Source: Marsupella aquatica (Eukaryota > Plantae > Marchantiophyta). From it: a stretch of 64,000 nt of DNA. The stretch is from NCBI GenBank assembly GCA_973895155.1, contig OZ316894.1, forward strand, positions 11,882,828-11,946,827. The letters are read 5' to 3'. Of this stretch, positions 21,832 to 44,081 are shown one piece after another. A program made the position numbers and the translations under genes. Numbering within the stretch: the first letter of the stretch is position 1; every line of letters starts with the position of its first letter. The notes beneath the pieces were generated by a model. That model was not told the DNA's origin, searched no databases, and saw only the letters and a program-made list of their open reading frames with translations.

Positions 21832-24779
21832 TAATAGCTTACGTAGGCAGATCAAGGAAAGAGGTGAGAGTAACATTTAATGATTTGTCTTTTATGTTTA
21901 TTTCATTTTATTTTATTTTTTCCACTTTGTTCAGCCTAATGTGACCAAACCCCCTTTGGTTCAGCATCATCATGACATAGATTACTGCACAGAGTTACGA
22001 TCAAATCCTGCAGCCAGGCATGTTGGACATTACTCAGTGGACAAGTCAGTGTATAAATCGCCCACACACTCTTAATGTGAAGCTACAGGCGCCTGCTAGT
22101 TTCTTTATGTGCATATGTTTCCTCCTGTATACGGTCAGCCTGTGCAAGTGGGTCACCATACGGCTGACAAAGTATCTCGTAAAGAAACACCAGTCGTCCT
22201 TAACTCTATACATAAGCTCTAAATTATTGGAATATCCAAAAACTATGATAGATGATCCCGATCTTTCTTTCTCGTGGTCTATCTACAAAATGTCAATCTT
22301 GCGGAAAGCCTCTCTAGCCATTTGATTATGGTGATATTGTTTCCTAATTATGAAATGGGCCCAAAGGTGTCAGTGTGCACCTTGATGTTTGTGCCCACCC
22401 CATCACTCTCCCAATAGCTTGCACACTCCTTGACATGCAGTTGCTAGGCCGGCTTGTCAATGCACAGGAGCTTTCGACTGCCTGGCCATCTCACTTATGA
22501 TTGTCAACACTTACTCTTCATTATATTTTGCAAGGCACAGAAGTCATTTGGGCTAGTTGGTCAATGAGTCACTAAGTAACTCATTCTGATGTACCAACCA
22601 TTTTTGGACACAAGCCAATCAGCATAAGTTTTAAATCATTGGAATATCTAAACGTCAGGAACTAGGAGAGCCACTATCAAAAGCAGTCTCAAGAATGGTA
22701 GCATTAGTTATGTTTGCATGTAGATTCAGACAAGCTTGGGGTAGATCATCTTTAATGTATGGAGGCAATTAGTTAGGATCGATGGATGTGGTGCCTTGCA
22801 TAAGTGCAGGCCACATGGAAGGACACAAGAGCACAACATGCATAATTCTATAGCTAGGGCTCATTGCATTATGGCTCTCACTATCAAAGATTCCAACGTT
22901 TTATTGGCACTTTAGAAACACTAGTGGATTGTACAGGATTAGGTTTAGGACTCATGTCATGCCTGTTTTTTAAGTGGATGACCCTGATCCACTCCCAGCC
23001 CAAGGCTGATCCTGGGATCCTTTGGGAGATTCCCCGTGCTCTGGTGCTGGGGTGTTCTGGTTGTTTGGGGTCTGTTTTTCTTCGAGCCTTACTCGTCTTT
23101 GCCACAAAGTCGTTGGAAAACATTGGGCACATGGCAGCCATTTTTTGTGGGTGAGAGTTCTCCAAGCACTCACTTTAAAAACATAGGCAAATGATACTCG
23201 GGATAATGTGTTTTAATCATTTCCATTAGCCACCACTGGATGCACTACAGGGGAGCAGTAGCCATAAAGTACTGCACAATAATTTTCAGAAGCTACTCTA
23301 TAATTGACTACCAGAACTCCATAACCAGAACTGAGCCTGTCTGTATAAAGTAGTCTTTACCTTGGCAAATTTTTAAAAACAAGATAAAATGGCTGGTGCT
23401 TGGTAGCTTTTGAATTTAAAAATAAAAAATAAGTCAGGAACTCATTAAAATGTACCTACCGGAGGCACAAAATAATGACTAATATGGCACACTATAGTAT
23501 GCAATCAGGCCTTTTCCTTTCCACAGCAAGTTTACAGAATATCATTTTGGTGGAAATTCTCCCTGACCTTTCCATTATGGTGGCATTCTTTCCCACCCGT
23601 GTCATGGACCTAAAGGCACCATTCCATTATGGTGGCATTATTTTCTGGCCGAATACTCCCTGGCCATTCCATATGCTGCCATTTTTTTGTAACCATAAGA
23701 TTGACCTATAGGCACCACCATGTGTACCTTGTCAGTGCCTCACCCGTCACTCTCCCCACAGCTTGCACACTACTCAATATCCAGTTGGGAATCTCTCAAT
23801 ATCCAGTTGGGAATCTGACCTCCACCCCCCCCCCCCCCCCACCTCACTCTGTTCAACAATGCCTGCACTCAACTCTAATGAGGCAATGCACAAGCACTGG
23901 GCTAGTTAGCTTATAGAATACTATATCAATCAGGCTCCTTATTCGCGTAGTAAGTAATGACTGCCAGGCAATACTTCTGTAGGAAGTAACAGTGAAGGGT
24001 GTAGTTAACGGATAGGTTCATAACACACCGAAGTTGTCATTACTAATCTCGCATGAGACCTGACCCCAAAGTTGTCGTAGCTGTTCTTTCATTTTGGATG
24101 CATCAATGGTGAAGCTGCTCTATCATCAAAGTTCCGTTCCAATGCTTAATCCATATACAGTAACTTCCCGTCTCATTTAGATAATCCATTAATGCTCTTC
24201 TCAACGTTCTTTCTGGAAAACAATCTTAGCTGAGCGAAGATTTAGACGAAATTCATCGTATTTTACAGCAGAAAAACCTAGAAAGAATCTTGCTCTCCTG
24301 AGAAGAATCAAAGGACAACCACAGCGGCTACAGCAGCCTTATGGAAATCGATCGATACAGAGCAATTGGCCCCAACTCGGAAATACTCTTTCAGGCTCAA
24401 AATTTGCATCTTCAGAAAATTTTCCTTTTGAAATTGTAACTATTGCACATGAATACTCCAGAATGCTGGCTCAATCAAATGGTGTACTGTCCTATTACTG
24501 TCCTATCAAAAGGGTGGAAAAATCAGGCCCTTACTTAGCCATCACCCGAGGTGGACCACTTCAGTGCACTCTTTGCACAGGAGTGCCAGCTCTGCTCTAC
24601 GATGTCCCAAGACTGCCCCTACCTGAAACGACTGTACCTATATCCTCAAAAATCCTTGGTTGACAAGCTCCAGACATTCCGTAAAAATCTCTGGGACTGC
24701 TGAAAATTCACTTAAACAGCAGACGCTCAAAGCCGGCATCCCTTTTTGCCAAAAGCGAAAAGTGCAGACAGCAAGGAAC

Positions 24780-35092
<10,313 letters not shown>

Positions 35093-36320
35093 GACTCTAG
35101 CTTTTGAAGTAGAGAGAGCCCACCTTGCACTTATGTACGAGGCTTGTACAATGATCTGAGGATGAGGCATTGTTCATCCTTTCATCTGTAGTAGTTTGAG
35201 CAACCCAAACCCCATGCACGACACATCGCTGGCGTCCTCTGTCACCAAACACTTCGAACGCGAATCGATGAGATGCGAGAGAAAACCGTAAATTCTCCAC
35301 CTCTTCTCCTAAAAACCTCGATAAACCTCGACCTTGAAACTCTCTGCAGAACTCATTATCATGTGCTCATTATAAAGTGCTGCAACAACCTAAAAGATTT
35401 GGAGCCGGGTTTATCTACACGCGACCTGCAATCCAGAAAAGTATCATCCCCCTCGAGCACACACCATAAACCCTCAACCCCACCCAAATGCCCATATATA
35501 GCCTCGCTTAAACCACCGCTGCCCTTTATGAGGGAAAGTGTCCATGAGTTTTTCACATTTATTTGTTATGAGGCAGGGCCTTGAAAGCCAAAGCAGAGCC
35601 ATCCAAGAGAGGGTAGACATTATGCTCACGAGCATGCCATTTTATGTAGGATAGGTACAAGGGAACAATACTTAGGGAGAACAATACTCAGGGATCTGCC
35701 ATGGACCCAGACCAGGAGGGAGAGAGAGTTCAATAAGGGCCCCAAGGAGCCAGCCAGTGATTAAGGAGAAAGCAAGATTCCCACCACTACACCCCACCGA
35801 CACACACACTCCACACCCCTTGTGTGTGGAGGGAGCATTGAATCTGGGACCTCTCAGTTCTAGGCTCATTCCTTGGCCAACTGACTGAAGCCAGACTTTT
35901 TTGTACTTGCCTAAATGCCCGAGCTTGCTTTAAGAGGGTGTCTCAAACCCCCGCTTCGAAGAGGATTTCACTTGACTTGACCAGAATGTTGTGCGGCTGG
36001 GTCGGGTTGAAAATCTGTTGTTTTGGGCCAGAGTCAGGGTCTAGAAGTTTCATTCTAGACCATGGCCTTCCTCCTACTGTAGCTTTTAATCGCACTGTAT
36101 TTGATAGATTCAGTCACTCCCTTCCTCTACTATGTTGATCTCCTCCATGATTTTAGGAAGAAATTGTTATTAATGGTGAAACCTGATGGACGGTGTAAGG
36201 GTGGCTTTTACATGACCTGTGGGCAGTATAATATGTAAGGAGTTTTTAAATTCCAGTGTAGCCAATAGTACCTTGTGTCAGTGAGGAGATGCTAATAATA
36301 TTCCTTATATGAATTTCCTA

Positions 36321-39300
36321 ATTTTTTTTCCACCTTTTTATGGCAATTTAAAAGAATAACCCGCGAAACCCCATGGGAAGGGAGGCCAAAACAGCCAGTA
36401 CAAGAGATGCCAAGGGCCCAAGAAGCAAGAGTACCAGCAGCCTCACTCATCAATGCCATAGTACATCAGGCAAAATTCTAATTCTGAGACTAAAAGAGCA
36501 TTGTCCTATAACCAGAGCGGAGATACCGGCAGGCATGCCCTAAGGTAACCCTAACTAGGGGCAGGCAGTAGTCTACTAGCAATAATACAGGCGTGCTGAG
36601 AGACAAGTAGGAAGTGAGTGCTAATGCTATTGCCAGGTTACATAGGCGTCCCTTCGGCCCATCCACCGCCGTCTCTCCAGTGCCACAGCGGCCTTGGCCA
36701 GAAGCAGCCGCGAGTGCTTGCGGCTGGGGCCAAAGGACTCGCAAAGTCCCCGTATTTGGTCCTCCGTTTCTGAAAGCACTAGATTCATATTGAAGGATCT
36801 ACTAGACCGGGGATTAAAAAGATGCTCATTCCTGGCGGTCCATAGAGCCCACAGAACCTGGTATACTACAAATGCTACCACAGTGTGTGTGAACCTGGGG
36901 CCTTTAAATTGGTCAATCAGTTGCAGGACTTCTACTGGAGGCCAAATTATACTGCCAGGGAAAGACTGCAGCACTAGATTCCAACACCTATGTGCAAATT
37001 GACATTTAAAAAAGAGATGCGGGATGGATTCCATTTCTGAGGGGCAGATCTGGCACAATCCGTCACTCTTCCCAATTCTGAGAGCCCGGGTACCGGTGAA
37101 CAGGCCTTGAGCCAAAATTCTCCAGACAAATGTGCAGGATTTCAATGGTAGGTCTGAGGTCCACATCGACAGCCAAACTTTGTTCCATTCCAACTCCGAG
37201 AGTGCCGTTTGCCATATTCGGTTAAGCCTTGTGTAATCAGACCCTTTGGGTCGGAGCAGTTGGTAAGTTCGGGCATTTGGTATAGTGAATTTCCTCAATG
37301 TTTCAGGTTTATCCGACCACCTCCACTGCCCAGCTACGGCACGCCCGTCCAGTGTGGATGTCGTCCGCCGTCCCACTTTGCCCAAGAATTCTAGAGTCAA
37401 GAGTCTAGTTCTGTGGTCCAGACCTCTCACCCGATCCAGTTTGTTAGTGTACATGGCGGTGGTAGCCGGAGAGGGCTCCCTCAGGTCTGCAATATCTCTG
37501 ATTCCAATCCTGCCACAGGTTCTGTTGATAGCCCAGATTGTGTCCTCCCCAAGGTCCTGTATTCCTTCAATACAACGTATTACGTCTTCCACACGCCACC
37601 ATGTGGCAACTGCAGTGTTTCTAGGTGAAAAAATGAGGTGAGTACGTAGCACCTCCCAAGCTTGCCAAATACTGCCCGTGTAGCTCAGACCCTGGGCCCT
37701 AAGCGTTACTAATACAGGGAGGACGTGCGAACATCGCAAGGGTATTTTTAATGTAATGCAAACTAATTTTTATAATAGTTTTTAAAGTAGGCAACATCCT
37801 TGTATATATTTAGCACAATATTAGTAATAAGGCTCTTATCAAATACATGTCACATTAATCTTATGCAAGGGTACCCAAAATGCCAAGTACACGCGTCACT
37901 ATATGGTTGGCACACATGTCATCACTTCACTTGCACACATGTTCATATAGTAAATCAGACATTTAGTTATTTGTCGTCATAAGGCAAGTTTGGTTTTGTG
38001 GGCTTTAGGAACACTGAGAGGATAGTGCAGCCATGCTTGTCTGTATACTACAGGAAGAACTATAATTCTCTGGTACTAATTTTGTTTAACTATATAAAAT
38101 ATGTACCCTAAACAAAGGGCGTAACATACAAGTCCCCTATGCAAAATAAAGTCTTATCTATTTCAGTATGATATTTGCAATTTTAAAAATTCAAGGATGT
38201 TTTCAATTCCTTGAAAAACTATATTATAATTTACAAAAGGATAAAATTTAATAGGAAAAGTTAATATTTTTACATTAACAAGGGGATTTTTTTTGTGAAC
38301 AAAAATATTAAGAAGGGGTACATGGGGGGTGTCTGTTCTCAGGGGGGTTCACTTTATATAGTAAGAGTGAGGGCCCAGGGAGCTCAGACCACTAAAATTC
38401 CTTGGGTAATAGAGCAGCAGCTTGTCTGTGAAGGAGTACTTATTCCGTCGAATGGTTTTAGCATTGCGCCATTTGGCCAGACATAGGTTTGCGGCAAGCA
38501 ATCTAGCCCAATCAGAGGAAGGCCAATCAAGGGCCCTATTGAACCATTGGCAAAGCAAAGCATCGGAATGAGCTCGAAAGTCCTTCATACCGATCCCGCC
38601 TTCTAGCTTAGGTCTTGAGAGCGTTTTCCAGGCTACAAGAGGAATCTTTCTGCCACCGTTAGCATTGTAACCCCAGAGAAAGTCTCTGCAAAGCGCTACT
38701 AATTTGATAGCCAGACTATTCGAAGAGTGCAAAAACATCATATGGTAGATGGGAATAGCCTGCATAACGTGTTTTACAAGTATAGTCCGGCCAGTGAAAG
38801 AGAGGAACCGATTAGCCCAAGATGAGAGTCTGTTACCAATCTTGTCTAGGCAGAAGGTGTGCAGTTGTGCCTCGTTCAGACCCCACCCCATAGGCGCTCC
38901 AAGATATCTTTGGACCTCTCCCCGTTTGCTGATTTTGCACCCCATGCTAATTAACCACCCAGGAGGGTTTTCCAAAGCCAACGGGATGACAGTAGACTTG
39001 AGGAGGTTCAACTTAGCTCCTGAAGCCAGTTCGTAGCACGAAATCGCCTCCGTTACTCCTTTGAAGTCTTCTTCGGATGCAGGATTGAATAGACCCACAT
39101 CATCAGCAAAGAGCCTGTAGCTGATGATAAGATTTTCAGAAATCTGCACCCCCTTGAATTTCCCGGTCGACATTGCAGTGTCAAGATGGTCCATCAAAGG
39201 CTGAGTAGCAATAACAAAAAGCAAAGGAGAGAGCGGGCAGCCCTGGCGTACTCCTCTCCGCATCAGAATATCCTTAGAAAAGCACCCATTTACGTGAATT

Positions 39301-39439
39301 TGAGAACTGGCATTGCTAATGAGTGATCTGACAAGACTAATGAAGTGGGGTCCCAAGCCGAGTATGTGCATGGTCTCCCAAATGTACAAGTGAGAGACAC
39401 GATCGAAGGCTTTCTCAAAATCTAGTTGCAGGAATAGCG
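36321..39439 (-). mobile_element. 5'-truncated L1-type LINE (RT + zf-RVT) with a 14-bp TSD, interrupted by a MITE
   Basis: RT motifs LDFEKAFDRVSH, RGVRQGCPLSPLLF, LFADD and YLGAP; CCHC motif CQICPSEMESIPHLFFKC. A T-run (minus-strand poly-A) lies at ~36322. TSD ATATGAATTTCCTA at 36307-36320 and 39440-39453. Confidence 0.9.
37690..38380. mobile_element. 691-bp non-autonomous TIR element (MITE) with an 8-bp TSD
   Basis: TIRs CCCTGGGCCCT.../...AGGGCCCAGGG; TSD AGCTCAGA at 37682-37689 and 38381-38388. Removing it restores the LINE frame RNFSGLSYTGSIWQAW. Confidence 0.92.
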
Positions 39440-40429
39440 ATATGAATTTCCTATTATTACTCCTAACATTTGAACTTCCTTAATTGTGACGAGTGGACCC
39501 TGTGGTGTGGTGGGGAAACTGGTGAATGAGACACATAAATAATGGTGAATGACTCACAAGGAGGTGAAATTTGTCACCTTTTTTTTCACTAGAAAATACT
39601 CTGATCTGGGGCACTTGTGACTTTTTTCACCAGAGCAAATTTGAGGGCCACTTCTTGTTTTGAACACAAACTCCAGATCTTAGAGCCAACTTGCATGTGA
39701 TCAACCCGGTGTTATGTGGCCCTCAAAATAACTGATGTCATGATATCCTTCAGTGAGATCTTCCTGTCTTAAGCCCCTCCTCAGGCAGGCCTCAGGGCAT
39801 CTCATGGGGAGAGCCACAGGTCTTGGAACTCCTATCTAGATACTCTACTTGTAACTTGTGTCTAAGTTTTGCCCAGAACTTCCGCTACTCACCTCAGCTG
39901 TCAGTTTTGCAGAGCACTAAATAGTAAAGATCTGCTTAGCAAGTCCTGTGCCTCGGGCAAGGCTGTTGCAAAGACTTGGTCAAAATATTAGCATTCCATT
40001 ACTTTGGATTACTTGGATAGAGGAAATCTATGAAAGAATAGTTACTGGAATATATGACTGTCATCAAACATGGCCAGAAGAGTTTGACATATTATTTCTT
40101 CACACTATGTCAATTGGGACTTGGAAATTTTGTGAGAAATTTAGTGAACCAAACAAATAGTGCAATGGACAAAAATCAGATATATTTCTTTGATTTAATG
40201 AAACTCCACAAACTAATGAACAATCATATCCAAATATCCATCTCAAATGACAAGCACAGAAAATCATTGCATCAAACCATTTCAGAAATTTTGTAGGGGG
40301 CCTGAATGACAAGAATCACACTGAGAACTAAGTATGTGGTTAGGTTAACTACTCGTAGATGCCTAGTTGTCCGTGGTATGCAAGGTAGCAAAGACTTCAT
40401 ATTCTCCCAAAAACATTAGTGGGGAATTT

Positions 40430-40857
40430 CCTTGAAAATGAATTTTTATAAATTTTGATCCCCCGCGAAAAGCCCCACAGGAAGGGCAAACAGAGCAGGC
40501 CAAATTAAAAGACCAGCCACAACAACTCAACCAAGAAACAGCCACAGAGGCATAAGCCGCACGCCCCCTAAGGGTGGGGGGGAACGATCACGAGCAAAAA
40601 CACCGCAAACAGGAGAACATAAGGACCACATCACCAGCGAGGCCCCCAGGGGTCACACTTCAAGCAGCCGTGGAAATGCTACCACTTCCACAGCGGAGCC
40701 AACTCTTATGCAACTCATCAATCTGTGATTTGGCCCTAAGCAGTCGAGTCCATTTCCTACTCGGGAGCAAGCGACGACTAACAGCATACAACTTTTCCAT
40801 TGCCTCAGAAAGAACAAGGCCCAGATTGAATGCGAGTCTACCATTCAGCTGGAACAA
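40430..40857 (-). mobile_element. Severely 5'-truncated LINE 3' end with a 15-bp TSD
   Basis: FNLGLVLSEAMEKL...PSRKWTRLLRAK resembles the upstream LINE C-terminus FNMNLVLSETEDQI...PSRKHSRLLLAK. Both share the 3' motif CCCGCGAAA..CCCCA..GGAAGGG. TSD ATTAGTGGGGAATTT at 40415-40429 and 40858-40872. Confidence 0.8.
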
Positions 40858-41102
40858 ATTAGTGGGGAATTTGAAAATCACAATCCAAAATATTGGAATT
40901 TGGAATTTTTGATTTATTTTGTAACCTCCTATCCCAATTGGCATGTATACAAGATATCTGGTCTCCGAAAAGCAACCAAACGAGCAGATTCTTATCCTAG
41001 AGCAGATTCTTATCCTAAAACATTTCACACGGTAACTCAATCATGAATTAGAAATTCATGATCAAACTTGGCCAAAGATTTACTTGGCCAATTAAAATTT
41101 CT

Positions 41103-41342
41103 ACTTGTGAACACAAGTCCAACCATGACTCAGGTTTATGTGAAAGAGGACCAGTGAATAGGATGACACTTGCTCCGGCCTATGGAAGAAAATTGCAATT
41201 TCCACAAAAACAATCCTTTTAATCTCACAGGTCTGTCTAGCTTCAAAATTGTGCTTTGTTTCCATAGGGTCAAGTGTCATCCTATCTAAGGCTCACTTTC
41301 ATATAAACCTGAGCTCGTGAATACAGTCCAGTGTTCACAAGT
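41103..41342. repeat. ~240-bp imperfect foldback (MITE-like or hairpin-RNA-like)
   Basis: Nested inverted blocks: ACTTGTGAACAC/GTGTTCACAAGT, CTCAGGTTTAT/ATAAACCTGAG, ATAGGATGACACTTG/CAAGTGTCATCCTAT and CCTATGGAA/TTCCATAGG. Confidence 0.75.
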
Positions 41343-44081
41343 GGAGGTGGTGACAAGGGAGTCTCGTTTCTATATGATCATAAACCATTTTTTCAAAGAG
41401 ATCTGGAAAATAAAGTGTGGGACAAGAAAGCCCTCTCACTAGATTCTTTGAAAAAGTTTATTCCACAATAAACAATGACTTGAAAGTGGCTTTGTATAAC
41501 TAGATTGTGTCCATTTAAATGTTGAGTTCAGGAATGTATTGTAGATCTCTTTGCCCCTTTTGGCAAGAATTACAATGTTCAAACTTTGTCCAGGGTATAT
41601 TAAAGTATTTCACCAAAGGTGTACAAACATCAACTGACATGACTACTGCAAACAAACAATAGATTGGCTATAGAACTTGAACATGAGCAGAAACATATGG
41701 AATGCTTGGCTTGGAGAACATGGTGGAATAGCACAATCATGAGGTTTTCTGGAGTACAATGTTCCATCCATTCGTAGTCAGCTTTAACTCTGAATGTGCA
41801 CACTGTATTCTGGCACGAGCTTGGGCACAAAGCCAAAGTTTCATTAAACCAGAGTGGACTTTTAGAGGATGTTGACATTTGGTTTACTCAATCAAGGCTT
41901 GTGTATGGCTTTACCCAACTTGACTAAGATTGAGTGCTATGTAAACATTGATTTCCAAGGTTCTTGTGTTATATGAATTATATCAACCTTGATAACTATG
42001 TGAGGCCTTCTAGCTTCAATACCATACCATCACTGCAGGCAGTGATCTACTACTTCATTTTGTCTCTTCAAACCTCTGTTGTAACTCTTCATATCTGAGT
42101 GATATCTTTGCTCTCTCTCACGGCTCTTCATAGTCAATGTCATTCAACCAGTCTTTTCTTCTGGACAGGAGGGGAACACTGTGGTAAATCTGGCAAGCAC
42201 ATATCTATTGTGAAGATATTCAAGTTGGAATATAAGTCTAGTGTAGAGAGTAAGTTTGACCTCTTCTTTTGAATGAGTAGTGTACATTTCTTAGAAGGAA
42301 TCAGTGCTGGGCTTGAGATAGCATCCCTTGGTGATGCAATTAACAACCGGTGGCAAGATGACTTTTCAGTTTTCCTCTGCAATCTAAAGATGTATTTTTG
42401 ACCTCTTCTTTTGAAACAAATAGACGTGTACATTTGGAAGGATAGCCAGGATCGAATTGAGCTTAAGTTAACATCCCAAGACGATAGATGCACTCAACAA
42501 GTGGTGATGAGACTATATCAAGTGCTTGCATGGAATCTACGTGAACAAATAGTGTACATCTTTAAGGACAGGATAGGTGTTGAGCTCCAAATAGCAACAT
42601 GGAAAAGACCTTGGTGATTCCATTAGTAGTTGACTCTGATGATGGATATGCCCAATGTTCATTGAGATCAACTATTTTTGGTGTAATATTTATGCATCTA
42701 CCTTCATGTATGGAGGTTGGTGTTGAAGATGCAAAGAGTAGTAAGCAATCACGAAGCAAATTTGATTTGGTTGAAAAAGATTGGAAAAGAAGTGGAAACT
42801 CCTTTTGAGCACTTACACCAACATCCCCTTATCAACAATTAATTAATTGATCACAAATTCAGGTAAATTTTGCATGGACTTGTAGATTGGCTGCAGCCAA
42901 AACATTATTTTAGTTGTTGCACATTTTGAAATGGCTACTGTAGTGTGTGGAATGCAACATCAAATTGACATATACTCCATTATGTGGGAAGATTGTCCTC
43001 TGAATGAACATGTGCTTTCCTAATGTTTGTAGGCCATAGTCCAAGCAAAATCATTGTTGTACACAATTATGTGGATAACCACTGAACCTTGATGCTCTTT
43101 GTCAACCATCAGTTCTTCACATTCTTCAAAATTGTGGATGCAATTTCAATTACTTTTCTTGATCAACACCTTGTGAATTCAATGTCAATCTTAACTTGAA
43201 TCAGTCATCATGTATATCCAAAGCAAGTGATCAGATCTAGAGCTCAGCATGCATTCCTTGGCCACTTCATGTCATCACACATGTGACAAGATTCCTTGGT
43301 CTTTGTCAAAGCTCACTTTTGATCTACTTGTGAACTGATCAAATCCTCATGGGTCCCTTTTCTTTTCCTGTGAACAGTAAAATCTGATGTCTGTTTTTCC
43401 CACAAAATAATTGTTTCTTTCTTGTTGTTTTTTGGGCAGCTGCTTGCTAATTCTTTGAGGTTTCATATCTCTGTATTAGGGTCATCTTCCTCAATCACGT
43501 ATAATTCCTGGGAAGTTGGCAAAATAATTCGTGATTTACTGTCCACTGCAGAGGAGTGATTATATAATAGGGGCTTTTGGACTTGTACTCTGCAAAAAAA
43601 TTCAAACAATAAAGGCCTACTATCCATTTTGTACAACCATTTGCCAGGTTAAAAATGTGCATCAATATATTGTGAGACTGTCACTTTCAAATAGGACTTG
43701 TGTTATGCATCTCATTCAAATACCCATTAAAGCTCTCATTCCATTTGTTGGCTTGTTGTCAGCTAAGTCAGAAATACACAAGTTGAACTGAGGGGAGGGC
43801 CAAAGTCCACCATCCATTAAGGGTAAACATTGAGAACTAGCATGCAAGACCATAGAATAATACTAGTGCCACTCAAGTGATTTACACTCTACTCCCAAAA
43901 AGATTCTTGACACATAGTTGATGCAAAGGAAGGGAAATTACCTACATAGAGAAGCATAAAATCATTCATCAGAACCCTGGGCTGCTTGTAAGGCCTCAGA
44001 GGTTGATTATCTTGTCCATAAGAGCAAAAAAGTGACTTTCTTGACTTATACGTCCATTTAATGATTTGGAAAACAGGCTAG

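Noticed and set aside
22370-23910. Two similar short stretches (~22370-22445 and ~23720-23790)
   Set aside because: Diverged copies of a small dispersed repeat with no definable ends or function.
42140-42808. Short ORFs as upstream exons of the SHIPPO gene
   Set aside because: No recognisable motif or convincing splice chain.
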